Shown here: one piece after another, positions 9,251-19,409 of the stretch
How positions within the stretch are numbered: position 1 is the first letter of the stretch
How the letters are laid out: each line of letters opens with the position of its first letter
Source: Rhizaria sp. SCN 62-66
Taxonomy: Eukaryota
Direction of reading: 5' to 3'
Assembly (NCBI GenBank): GCA_001724265.1
Contig: MEDY01000054.1
Location: 172,739-192,738, forward strand
DNA: 20,000 bases
The notes under the pieces: generated by a model
What the model was told of the DNA's origin: nothing
The model's database searches: none
What the model saw: only the letters and a program-made list of their open reading frames with translations
Program-made: the position numbers and the translations under genes

Positions 9251-10397
9251 TGTGTCAGAGATATTACCTCAAAAGGTGTTTATACAAAGCCTACTCTGCG
9301 AGAAAAGATAATCCTCTTTCTACGGAGAGAGTCAATCACAGAAACAACTATGCGAGACCTCTGACCCTACCCTTCCGCCCTCCACCACAAAAAAAAGCTG
9401 ACGGCCAACTGAAACCAGGTCAGAGAATCAATTCAAAATAGCGTTTAAGAAAATAATAAACAGTTTCCTAGTATAATTAGATATTATAATAATATAAAAT
9501 TATTTTTTCATTAATTTATAACGTGTAAACATGATGTATACATTTTATTGAAAATAATTGGTAAAAAATAATTAAATTACGTTTTTAATTATTTTATACT
9601 TTTTAAAAAATATTAATGACTTCTAGCATCGTTTAAGCACAACTGGATCATCCCTTAAACCTTTTGTTGCGCACAGAAAAACGAAAGTTTAACGCAAACA
9701 CATAGTTAATAAAATAGTTAAAAATGTAGTTAAATTCTAATTCTAATTTAATTAATGACACATATGTTTTTATTGATGTCAATTAGTCAACACTTTTTAA
9801 ACAGTACATAAATCACTAAATAATTTTTTAATATGTTTAATTAATAGTGGTATTAATTTTAGTTAATTAAACTATTATTTTAACTCATTTTAACAGGAAA
9901 TGTCAAAGCATACGTCTAAACGAAGTGAAAAACCTGCAAAACTGCAAATGTCTATTCAATATTACTTTTTGCAGTGCAGCGTTTGCACTGCACTGTAAAG
10001 TATCACAAATCAACATGATTTTGATCGCGAACAACGCTAACATTGTTCATCATTTGGCGTATTGTTTGGTGAGCACGTACTTGCTCTGGTGCGAGCACTC
10101 GCACGATTTGTGCGCAAATCTGTCAAGGCAAACGCGTTCAAGCTGTCGCTTATCTATTAATTAGATTACATGCTCCGTACTACTCTTAAACCATCACTAC
10201 ATAATCCATCACAAGGACATTACACGAACGTCACACGAAACGCGTGTGTAAAGTATAAGTCGAATTTCACTATCACATTTTTTTTTCTGGTTCCGTTATA
10301 TCCGCAGTGATCTTGTCCACCAACGTCAAACAATCAACTTTCGAGGGATATTATCGCCTGCATGATGAGCAATGGAATGAAAGACTAATTGATATGA

Positions 10398-10443
10398 TCA
10401 AGCGGATGTGTATGGCACGTTCAAGCGGATGTGTATGGCACGT
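10398..10443. repeat. Perfect 2 x 23-bp tandem duplication
   Basis: TCAAGCGGATGTGTATGGCACGT at 10398-10420 and again at 10421-10443. Confidence 0.95.
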
Positions 10444-11384
10444 TTATATTAATACGTTAGTTGCAGCATCTTCCAAAACCATGGTAACACCTCAAACGTA
10501 CCCCACATACCGAATGTATGATGGAATGCGAGCTGTCAAGTCGTGGAAGGGTGCCGTATTGGATCACAAGCTGTGACCTACACGCATCTTTTCGTTCAAT
10601 TCATGTCATAGTCGGTACTTATTAACATTTACATGCGGTTACGCGGCTGCGTAGTTAGTTGTACGTGACTGTGACGGAGGCTCTGCAGTTGTCGTTCTGT
10701 GACAAGGGCTCTGCACTGCAGATGGTGACCGTAGTTAATACTGCGTCGGGGGCCGATGCAACAACAGCGCCTGTGACTGCGAGTGCGGCCGGCGTTCTGC
10801 GCTGCTGTCAGGAGCACATGTGGACACTTGAGGATAGATTCACTGCATAGCTGTTCATAAAAAAGTTATATCCGTGTAACTTTAACTTGAAGATGACATT
10901 GTCATCAAATTTCAGTTGCTCACAACTTCTCTAGACGCTGTTATCAAAGTGAACGACTTGCGACCAGCAGTTGAGTAATTGGAACGCGTTGAGACAACCT
11001 CGGCATGCGATTCCACCAATCCGACCTTGCACACAACTTTGAAGATGTCGCTCAACATCAGGATCTCCGTGAACTCGAAAATCGCACTACAAGCGATAAT
11101 TAAACGTTAAGTTTTCTATCATGTTTTAGTTTTAATATGTATATTACACATATTTGACTTGAGATCCTTATCCTCTTATCGCCTCTCCACAGTTTAAAGG
11201 TAACTGCTCTGGCCATCTTTATCTCACGTATCTCTACATGTATCTTTATTTCTGCGCTTCCCAGCCAACTCCGCAGGAATTAAATTGCTATAAACTTATA
11301 TATTCTTGATTGCTCATCGAGTATCGCTATACCCGCACCCTAAACGAGCTCCTGACAGCCTCCTGTCTCGCGCAGCGACACGCT

Positions 11385-11431
<47 letters not shown>

Positions 11432-11432
11432 A
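11385..11432 (+). repeat. (CAG)14(CAA)2 microsatellite immediately upstream of the NEK start codon
   Basis: Direct reading. The repeat ends 4 nt before ATG 11437, and an in-frame TGA at 11353 precedes it. Confidence 0.9.
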
Positions 11433-11436
11433 CGAC

Positions 11437-12323
11437 ATGTCAAGCAAGACCCCGCACCACGGGCCCCCAGTCGCGCCACCGCGGCTCGTGCTCCCACTGC
11501 CCGGCGCCCTAGTCCCCTCATCGAGCTCCAGCTCCAGCTCCAGCGCGAACGCCAACGCGCTCGGTGGCAACGGCGGCAGCAATGTCAACGACGGCGCCGG
11601 CGGCGACAGCGACGAGGACTACGCGATTCTGCGCACAATCGGCCGCGGGCGCTTTGGGCGCGTGTTTGTGGCGCGCGAGGCGGCCTCCGGGCGGCTCTTC
11701 GTGCTCAAGGACGTGCACCTGGGCGGACTCTCGCGCGCCGAGCGCTCCGGCGCGCTGCAGGAGGCGCGCGTCCTGCAGACGCTGCGGCACCCGCACATCG
11801 TTGCGTACCGCGAGTCACGCGCCTCTGCCAGCGACCTCTACCTCGTCATGGAGTACTGCCGCGGCGGGGACCTGGCCGCGCACCTTGCGCTGCGCGCCGC
11901 CAACAGGGACCTCGCTGCCGCCGCCGCCGCGCGCGCCGCGCGCCTCGCCGCTCTGAAGCAGCACCGCAAGGGGGGGAGCAACGTCGGCAGCAGCAGCGAC
12001 GCGGAGGCTGAGGCCGCAGCGGACGCGGCCGCCGCGGCCGCCGCGGTCGCCGCGGGCGAGGCGTACTTGCTGCCTGAGGCGGCCGTGGCGGCGTGGGTGG
12101 CCGAGCTGGCCTGCGCGCTGGCCCTGGTGCACGCCCGCAGCATTCTGCACCGCGACCTCAAGACGCAGAACGTCTTTCTCTCCGCGCTCCCGCCCCCGCC
12201 TGGCGCTGGCTCGGGGGGTGCGCTGGTGTGGCACGGGTCGCTGGCGGCGGCGGCGGCCGCCAAGGCGGCGCAGGCGGCGCGCGCGGCGGCTGAGGACGCC
12301 CTGGAGGCCGGCGACCCCGCGCG

Positions 12324-12354
<31 letters not shown>

Positions 12355-13535
12355 GCTGCCGCTGCCGCGGCCGCTGCGGCTGAAGAGGACGCTGCCGCCG
12401 CGGCGGAGGCCCTCCTAGAGGCCCAGGAAGAGGAGACCTGGTGCAACACCGCCAGTACCGAGCAAAGCAGCGGGAATACCGGTGAGACAAGCACTGGCCC
12501 TGGCACTGGCCCTGGAACTGGCGTTGGCGCTGATGCTGGCGGCGGCGCTCTGCCGTGGGTGAAGCTGGGCGACTTCGGCATCTCCAAGGTGCTGACTGCC
12601 GAGTCCGAGGTCTGCGACACGGTCATCGGCACGCCCTACTACCTCTCGCCCGAGATCTGCGAGGGGCGGCCCTACGGTGCCAAGTCCGACGTCTGGGCGC
12701 TGGGATGCGTGCTCTACGAGCTGTGCTCGCTGCGGCACGCCTTTGACTCGCAGTCGCTGCCCGCGCTTGTGCTCAAGATCCTCCGCGGCGCCTACCCGCC
12801 CGTGTCGGCCGCGCGCTACTCGGCGCCGCTGCGCTCGCTCTTGCACTCGCTGCTGCGCGTGGACCCCGCGCAGCGGCCCTCGCTGGCCGAGGTTGTCGCG
12901 CACCCTTCCCTGGCCGAGGCCGTGGCGCGCGTACGGGCCCGCGAGCGCGACGCGCAGCGCAGGGACGAGCTCGCCCAGCAGTTACAACAACAACAACAGC
13001 AGGGACTGAACAGTGCGCGTCCCGGCACAGCGCGCCCCGGGACTGCGCGGCCGGGAACTGCGAGGCCGGGGACGGCTGGCACGGCGCGGGGCAGCGCGCG
13101 TCGCGGCAGCGGCATGCCGCTTGAGGACGAGGCCGTGGCCGCCGCGGCCGTGGCGGCCGTCGCGGCGGACTTTGCGCGCGCCAAAGAGCAGCCTGACAGC
13201 GCCGGCGCGGCCGACGCAGACACAGCTGCTCATGCGAGTGCGAAGAGTAAGGGCAAGACTGGGCAGGAAGGAGATGAGTCGCTGTCGCTCTCACTGGACA
13301 AGGACTGGCTCAAGCTCACACCTCGGCCGTTCTTGGTCGAAGACAAAGGCGAAGACACCAACAAGAGCGGCGGCGGCAGCAAGAGCAACAGCAAGAGCAA
13401 CAGCAAGAGCGCTGGCACGGACGCAGTGGACAAGGGTGGTCCGCGTAAGCAGTCATTTAGCGCCGCCAATGCTGCTGCTGCTGCTGCTGCAAGCAAGATC
13501 AAGGGTGCCAGAGACGGCAAAGATACCAGGGACGT

Positions 13536-13566
<31 letters not shown>

Positions 13567-16281
13567 CTCAGCGGCAACGCCAAGACGAACGCGCGCGACC
13601 GCGGCAGCAGCAACGGCAAGGCCGGCGGCGGCGGCGGCGGCATCGTCAACATCAACGTCAGCCTCAGCATCGCACCGGCCAAGGGCGGCGACAGCAGCAG
13701 CGGCGGCAGCGCGGGCAAGCGGGGCTCGCTGCCGCCTCTGCGCGGCGCCCCCCGGAGCGCCGCCGAGAGCAGCGCCGCCAGCAACGCTAGCAACAGCAAC
13801 AACAGCGGCGGTGGCAGCGGCGGCAGCGGCGGCGGCGGGGCTGTGGCGGTGCCCGCGGCGCTGCTGGCCAACATGGAGCGCCGACGCGCCGAGGCAGAGC
13901 GCGCGCGCGCCGCGCGGGCAGAACTCAAGAACAGGCCCTCGGCTCCCGCCGTTGCTCCAGCTGCGCCAGGCGCGAAGGAGGCGGGCAAGGGCGGCGCGGC
14001 GCTGGTGTTGCCGCCGATCTCGGCCCGCGGCCGCGGCGGCCACAACAAGCACGCCGCTGCCACCGCCGCGACGCCGGCGACGCCTGTTACGCCGGCCACG
14101 CCGGCTCCCGCCCCGTCCGCCGCGTCAGAGTCCTCGCACTCCGCTCACTCGTCGCACTCCCCACAGCCCCCTCGGTCTCCCCGCCAGGGGTCGCCGCAGT
14201 CGCCGCCGTCGCCGTCGCCGTCGCCGCAGCGGCGCGCGATGACCCCGCGGCGGCAGGCGTGGTATCTACAGCAGGAGGCTGCGCTCGAGGGCCTTTGGGC
14301 GCAGGCCTCCGCCTCCGCCGATGCGCCCGCCGCCGACGCCGCCGCCGACGCGAGCGCTCAGCACGGCAGCGGCAGGGCCAATAAGGCCAAACCCGCCATC
14401 GCTGCCCCGGCTGCCGCTGCTGCTGCCGCCATTCCTGTGACCGCGCCGGTGTCGTTCGACACGGCGGCCGTGGCAGCTGCGGTGCGCCAGTCGTTCTCGC
14501 CCGCGCCACACAAGGCCCCCGCCGCTGCTGCCCCTGCTGCCCCTGCTGCGAGCAACGCACAGGCTAGCGCGAGCCCGAGCGCGGCCGCGGCTGCGGCGGC
14601 TGCGGCGGCGAACCTGGCCGTCGCGGCCGCCTTCGGCAAAGGCAAGCGCCAGGGCAAGGCAGGGGGCAAAGCTGCTGCAGCTGCTGCTGCCAAGCCCGGC
14701 AGCAAGAAGCCGTCGAAGCCGCAAAAGGGCCAGCAGCCACAGCAGCAGCAGCCGAAGCAGCCCGCGGCGGTGCGGCAGGCCCGCGAGCGTGAGCGCGCCG
14801 CCCTCGCCGCCGCCGTGGCCGCCGCCGCCGCCGCCGAGAGCGGTGGCGGCGGCGCTGGCGACGAGGACGGGGATGGGATGCCGTTGTTCGACCTGGGCCC
14901 GGACAAGGCGGCGATCAAGGCCGAGTTCCTGAGGCGCGAGGCGGCGCGGCGCGCGGCCGAGGAGGCGGAGGAGCGCGCGCGGCGCCGGGACTTCCAGTCG
15001 CGCGTGCGGGGCGCTAAGGGCCGGCTCGACGTCGCCGCGCTGCGCAACGCCTTCAAACAGCAGCAGCAGGGGCAGGGGCAGGAGCTAGAGGGACAGGTGC
15101 AAGAGCAGGAGCAGATGAAAGAGCTGGGTCAGCAGCAGCCGCAGCAGCAGCGAGGTCGGGGGTCCAGGCCGCCCTCAGGCCCTGGCCCCGCTGGCTCCGG
15201 CTCTGGCTCTGGCTCCGGCTCTGGCGCTCAGCCGCCGCCGCGCCTGCGCCCCGCGCCCCCCGCGGCTCCCGCGCCCTCCAGCGCCAGCAACGGCAACGGT
15301 AGTGGGAGTGGTGGCGGGAGCGGGCTGTCGGTGCTGAGCCCGGTGCCCAACCAGCGCAAGTTCCGGCTGCCGGCCCAACAGCAGCAGCAACAGCAGCAGC
15401 AGCAGGCTGGCAGTGGCAGTGGCAGCGGCAGCGGGAGTAAGCCGCCCGGTCTGGTACCCAAGCCGCCCGCGACCCGCCACCCCGCGCCCCCCGCTGCCGC
15501 CGCCGCCTCTGCCGCTGCCTCTACTGGCGCTGGCGCCGAAGCGGCGGGCAGCGGGCGGCGCCGCGAGAAGATGCCGTCGCTGGCCGAGTGGAAGCAGCTG
15601 TGCCAGGCGCAGTGGCAGCGCGAGCGACTGCAGCAGCAACAGCAGCAGCAGAAGCAGCAGGCGTCGGGCGCCTGCGGCAGCGACGGTGTTGTCATCCTTG
15701 AGGGACCGCACGTGGCTCCGCGCCCGCAGCCTGCCGCCGCCCCCGTCGCCGCGCCTGCGCCTGCGGCTGCTGCAGAGACTAAGGGCGGCCCCAATGAGGG
15801 CAAGACAGGCAAGGATAGTAACAACAGCAAGGCTACTGACAGCAGGTCTAGCAGCGACGGCCGCGCGCCCGCCTTGTCTCTCACAGCAGCCGATAGCGCT
15901 GGCAGCGCTGACGGCGGCGACGGCGGCGAAAGCGAGGACCCCCGCACGCGGCTGAGCTTCGAGATCGTGTCGATGCGCCAGTACTGCCGCAAGGCGCTGG
16001 GCGAGCCGCTGTTCCGGCGCACATACGCCTTCGTGCGCGCCGCGGCCACTCGCGCGCTCGCGCTCGCGCTCGCGGGGCCCGGCGCCGGGGCTGCTGCCGC
16101 CGCCGCCGCCGCCGCCGCCGAGGCCGAGGAGGCCGCGGCGGCCGCGGAAGAAACGGCGCTGCTGGCGGCGCTGCGGGCCGTGGGCCAGGCGCGCTGCCTC
16201 AGCTACGTGCACAGGCTCGTGCACTGCGAAGACCGCTACTTCGAGGAGGAGGCCGACGCCGAGGCCGGCGCGAAGAAGTAA
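11437..16281 (+). CDS. NIMA-related Ser/Thr kinase (NEK1/3/4/5-like), 1614 aa, with a long low-complexity tail
   Basis: IGRGRFGRV, VLK, QEARVL, HPHIVAYRES, VMEYCRGGDL, ILHRDLKTQNVFL, KLGDFGISKVL, IGTPYYLSPEICEGRPYGAKSDVWALGCVLYELCSL (NEK-typical). The C-terminal helical block RQYCRKALGEPLFRRTYAFVR...VHRLVHCED resembles the end of ciliary NEKs. TAA at 16279-16281. Confidence 0.93.
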
Positions 16282-16631
16282 GCGGAGAAGTGAGCGAGCA
16301 AGTGAGTGCAATCGATGACTCTGTGACAAACAGACTGCACGTTCATTTATGCATTGTTTTGGTTTGAAAAATAATTTATCTAGTCCGATGCTGATATAGA
16401 CTTGAGTAAGAAATACATTGATTGATTATTATCGCATTCAAAAGTGTCATACTAAATTTTGTTGATTTAAAATGTGTCTATTGTATTTAATTCGCTTCTT
16501 GCGGAGTGCTTACATACACTGGCTGCAGACCTTGACTCCGCTGTCGCAAGACGCCGACCGGCAGCAGTGGCCTGCCGCGACCTCACGTTGTCGAGTCGGC
16601 TCAGTCACTCAGTCCGAGTCGCCAGCTCCGC

Positions 16632-18635
16632 TCAATCAGAGTCGGAGTCGTCGTCCGAGGACGACACAGGCCCGCGAATGCGCTTTGCAGTAGTGGCGGC
16701 GGCAGCGGCAGCGGGGGCGGCCTTCTTGGCCACGGGCTTGACATCGCTGTCGCTCGCGTCGCTGTCCTCCTCGTCGTCGTCGTCGTCGTCGCTGGTCTCG
16801 GAGCCGGAGCCGCCAAGCCAGCGGCCCTTCTCGTCGCCGTCGCTGTCGTCGCCGCCGCCGGGCGCGAGGCCGAGCCTGCGATCGCGGCGGCGCTCCTGAC
16901 GCGCGCGACGGCGGTCCGCGGCGCCCGCGCTGGCCTCGAGCGCGGCCTCTGCGCGCGCCACCTTCTCGCCCACGCGCACGCGGAAGGCCTTGAGCTGCTC
17001 GTGGAAGGCCGCGTCGGCCAGCGCCTCCCACTGGTGCTCCACCACGGCGTACAGCGCCATCGCCGCCGCTGCTGCCACAGGCGTCGGCGCCAGCAGCGGC
17101 TGCGCGGGCCGCGACGCGCCCTTGGCGGCCGCCGCCGCGACGGCCGGGAAGAGCGAGCCGGGCGCGGGGCTGCGGGACAGCAGCGCGCCGGCGGGCTTGG
17201 GCACCCACGACACGACCAGGTCGGGCAGCAGCTGCGTGCGGTCGCGCTTGGCCCACTTGGCCTTGGCGCGGCCGCGGTCGCCGCCGCCGCGGAAGCCGCC
17301 CTTCTTGCTGTCGCGCTTGTCCTGCGCCGGCTCCTCCTCCTCGGCATCCTCCTCGTCGTCCTCGTCCTTGTCCGCGTCCTCGTCGTCGTCATCGTCGTCG
17401 CTGTCGAGCTTGTCGGCGGCGCGGCGCCCGTTGCGCGTGTTGCGCGGCAGTGCGCGCGCGAGCGGCTCATGGCGCGCCGTGTCGCGCAGCAGCCAGCGCG
17501 GGATGCGCATCAGCACGGCGGCCACGCCGGCGTCGCGCGCGTCGTGCACCACCACTAGCCGCTCCACCGTCGCGCGCATCACCAGCTGCTGGGCCTCGGC
17601 CAGCGACACCGCCGCCGCGGGCACGCCCTGCCGCGCAGCCGCCGCGGCGCGCTCCTTGGCGTCGGGCGCGGCCTCCTTCTGCGCGCGCGCGGCAGCGAGC
17701 CCGGCGGCGTAGGCGGCCTTGGTGAGCCCCGAGCGCGCAGTGCGGAAGTCGACCACGGCCTCGGGGATCTCGACCAGCATATCGAGGAGCGGCACGCCCG
17801 CGCGCGAAACCAGGCTCACGCGCGCGGGCACCAAGATGTCCTCCATCGGCACCGCCTCGCCCGCGCGCGCCGCTGCGGCGATGACTGAGGAGCGCGAGCG
17901 GCCACGGCGGCCCGCCACGGGCGACGTGCGCGGCCGCTGCCCCACCGACACGAGCGCGACAGCCAGCGCGACGGGCTCCAGCGCGCGCGCCACGGCCGCC
18001 TTGGCGCTCTCGGAAAGGCCCAGCCCGGCCGTGTCAGCGCGCACGGCTTCGGCGGCCGCCGCCTTGCGCTGCTTGACGCGGTCCGCGGCCAGCGCGATCA
18101 GCTCCTTGCGCGACAACGGCGCGGGGGCCGCGGGCGCAGCCGCCGCGGCCTCAGCGGCGGCCTTGGCCTCGGCAGCCGCAGCGGCCTCGGCCTCCGTCTC
18201 GGGCAGCGCAATGCCCGCCGCGGCCGCGAAGACCGCCGCCGCCACGGCCTCGGGCCGCCACGGCTGGTGCTTGGGCTTGCCCGCAGCAGCGCCAGCAGCA
18301 GCACCAGCAGTGGCAGTGACAGGGGCAGGGGCCTTCTGAGGGCGCGAGCGGAACTGCAGGTTCTTGGGCAGCATAGCGTTGATGGCAAGCGCGGTGGGCG
18401 GCGGGCCCTTGGCGGCGGGCGCCGCAGCGGCTGCGGCGGCCTGCGCGGTGGGTACGACGGGACCCTTGGCCCTGCCCAGCGAGGAGAGCATCGGCAGACT
18501 GCTCGCGGCGGCGCTGCTGCGCGCGGCCGCGGCCGCCGCGGAGCTTTCGCGCGCCCTAAAGCCGTGCTTGTCCTGCTGCTGCGCGTTCTTGGCCGCCTGC
18601 ATGGCCTTCCAGTTGCTGCCCGCGGCGAATGACAT
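16632..18635 (-). CDS. REX4/REXO4-like DEDDh exonuclease-fold protein, 667 aa, catalytic motifs degenerate
   Basis: N-terminal GSNWKAMQ (REX4 S.NW.AL). PARVSLVSRAGVPLLDMLV...VVDFRTARSGL, RLVVVH, P..LLRDTA and AMALY....QWE match REX4 blocks. Likely ATG at 18635. Confidence 0.8.
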   Translation of the reverse strand: MSFAAGSNWKAMQAAKNAQQQDKHGFRARESSAAAAAARSSAAASSLPMLSSLGRAKGPVVPTAQAAAAAAAPAAKGPPPTALAINAMLPKNLQFRSRPQKAPAPVTATAGAAAGAAAGKPKHQPWRPEAVAAAVFAAAAGIALPETEAEAAAAAEAKAAAEAAAAAPAAPAPLSRKELIALAADRVKQRKAAAAEAVRADTAGLGLSESAKAAVARALEPVALAVALVSVGQRPRTSPVAGRRGRSRSSVIAAAARAGEAVPMEDILVPARVSLVSRAGVPLLDMLVEIPEAVVDFRTARSGLTKAAYAAGLAAARAQKEAAPDAKERAAAAARQGVPAAAVSLAEAQQLVMRATVERLVVVHDARDAGVAAVLMRIPRWLLRDTARHEPLARALPRNTRNGRRAADKLDSDDDDDDEDADKDEDDEEDAEEEEPAQDKRDSKKGGFRGGGDRGRAKAKWAKRDRTQLLPDLVVSWVPKPAGALLSRSPAPGSLFPAVAAAAAKGASRPAQPLLAPTPVAAAAAMALYAVVEHQWEALADAAFHEQLKAFRVRVGEKVARAEAALEASAGAADRRRARQERRRDRRLGLAPGGGDDSDGDEKGRWLGGSGSETSDDDDDDEEDSDASDSDVKPVAKKAAPAAAAAATTAKRIRGPVSSSDDDSDSD

Positions 18636-19409
18636 CGTCAGTTCGGGGGCTTCTGCAGGGTCAAGTGGGGCGGTACGGGATAGGGCAGGGTGAAGCGAGG
18701 AAGCGAAGTGAGAAGATTTAATTTTGTGAACAACGTTTTCAACACAAATAAAATACGGGCATACAGCTATCAAAGCTATTATCGGACTCTACCCACTGAT
18801 TCAGCGTCGTTTTGCGTACGCCGACTTGGCTCTACTCTGCGGTGCAGCCAGCGAGGATGGTTCGCGAAAATTTGACCGGGACCGCTTGCTATCTCGATTT
18901 CGTCGAGTCCAGAGTCTCAAGATTTCTCCCTCTGTTGCGCAGTTCTCCTTCGTCTGGCGGGAATAACACGACATGAAATAGAGAATAGATGCTTAAAAGG
19001 CACATACGCCAAAATTATGCTTGCACTTCCTGTTATATTCCTCAATTCCCAGCGGTATTTGGATCGCTCACCTCGACGACATCGGAGGAGATCCATCCGC
19101 TATGCGCCGTGTCATCTGTATTCATACACCGCGCGCGCTAATGGTTATTTTTACCGAAGTGAGATTTTAATAACTACTGTGTTTCTTGATTCCGAGCCTT
19201 GTTCGCTGCCATGCACGTTTACGCCTTTCATTCCCGCAATCGTCTCACCACATTGATGCGTCATCCTCGCCCTCTGCCGCCCCCCACCGTGCCCCAGACC
19301 CCCACCGGACCCGCGCAGGACTCACACACCGGTGTTTCTCCACATCTCTAGCGCTTGCCCCTGTTTTTGCGCCCCCTTGCCCCGCCGCGCTCGCCTGCAC
19401 TCACGGGGA

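Noticed and set aside
10398-10443. 23-bp direct repeat as a CRISPR array
   Set aside because: Only two copies with no spacer, no cas genes, and a eukaryotic context.
6744-18635. GNL1 plus REX4-like as a ribosome-biogenesis gene cluster
   Set aside because: They are separated by an unrelated kinase on the other strand, and co-location of two such genes in a compact eukaryotic genome is unremarkable.
2039-18693. Many long overlapping or antisense ORFs (e.g. 2039..3799+, 3869..5524+, 6924..8897+, 13013..14242+, 15175..16329-)
   Set aside because: These are shadow frames expected from very high GC and GCN-rich codons. They translate to Arg/Ala/Leu-run sequences with no motifs and overlap well-supported genes.
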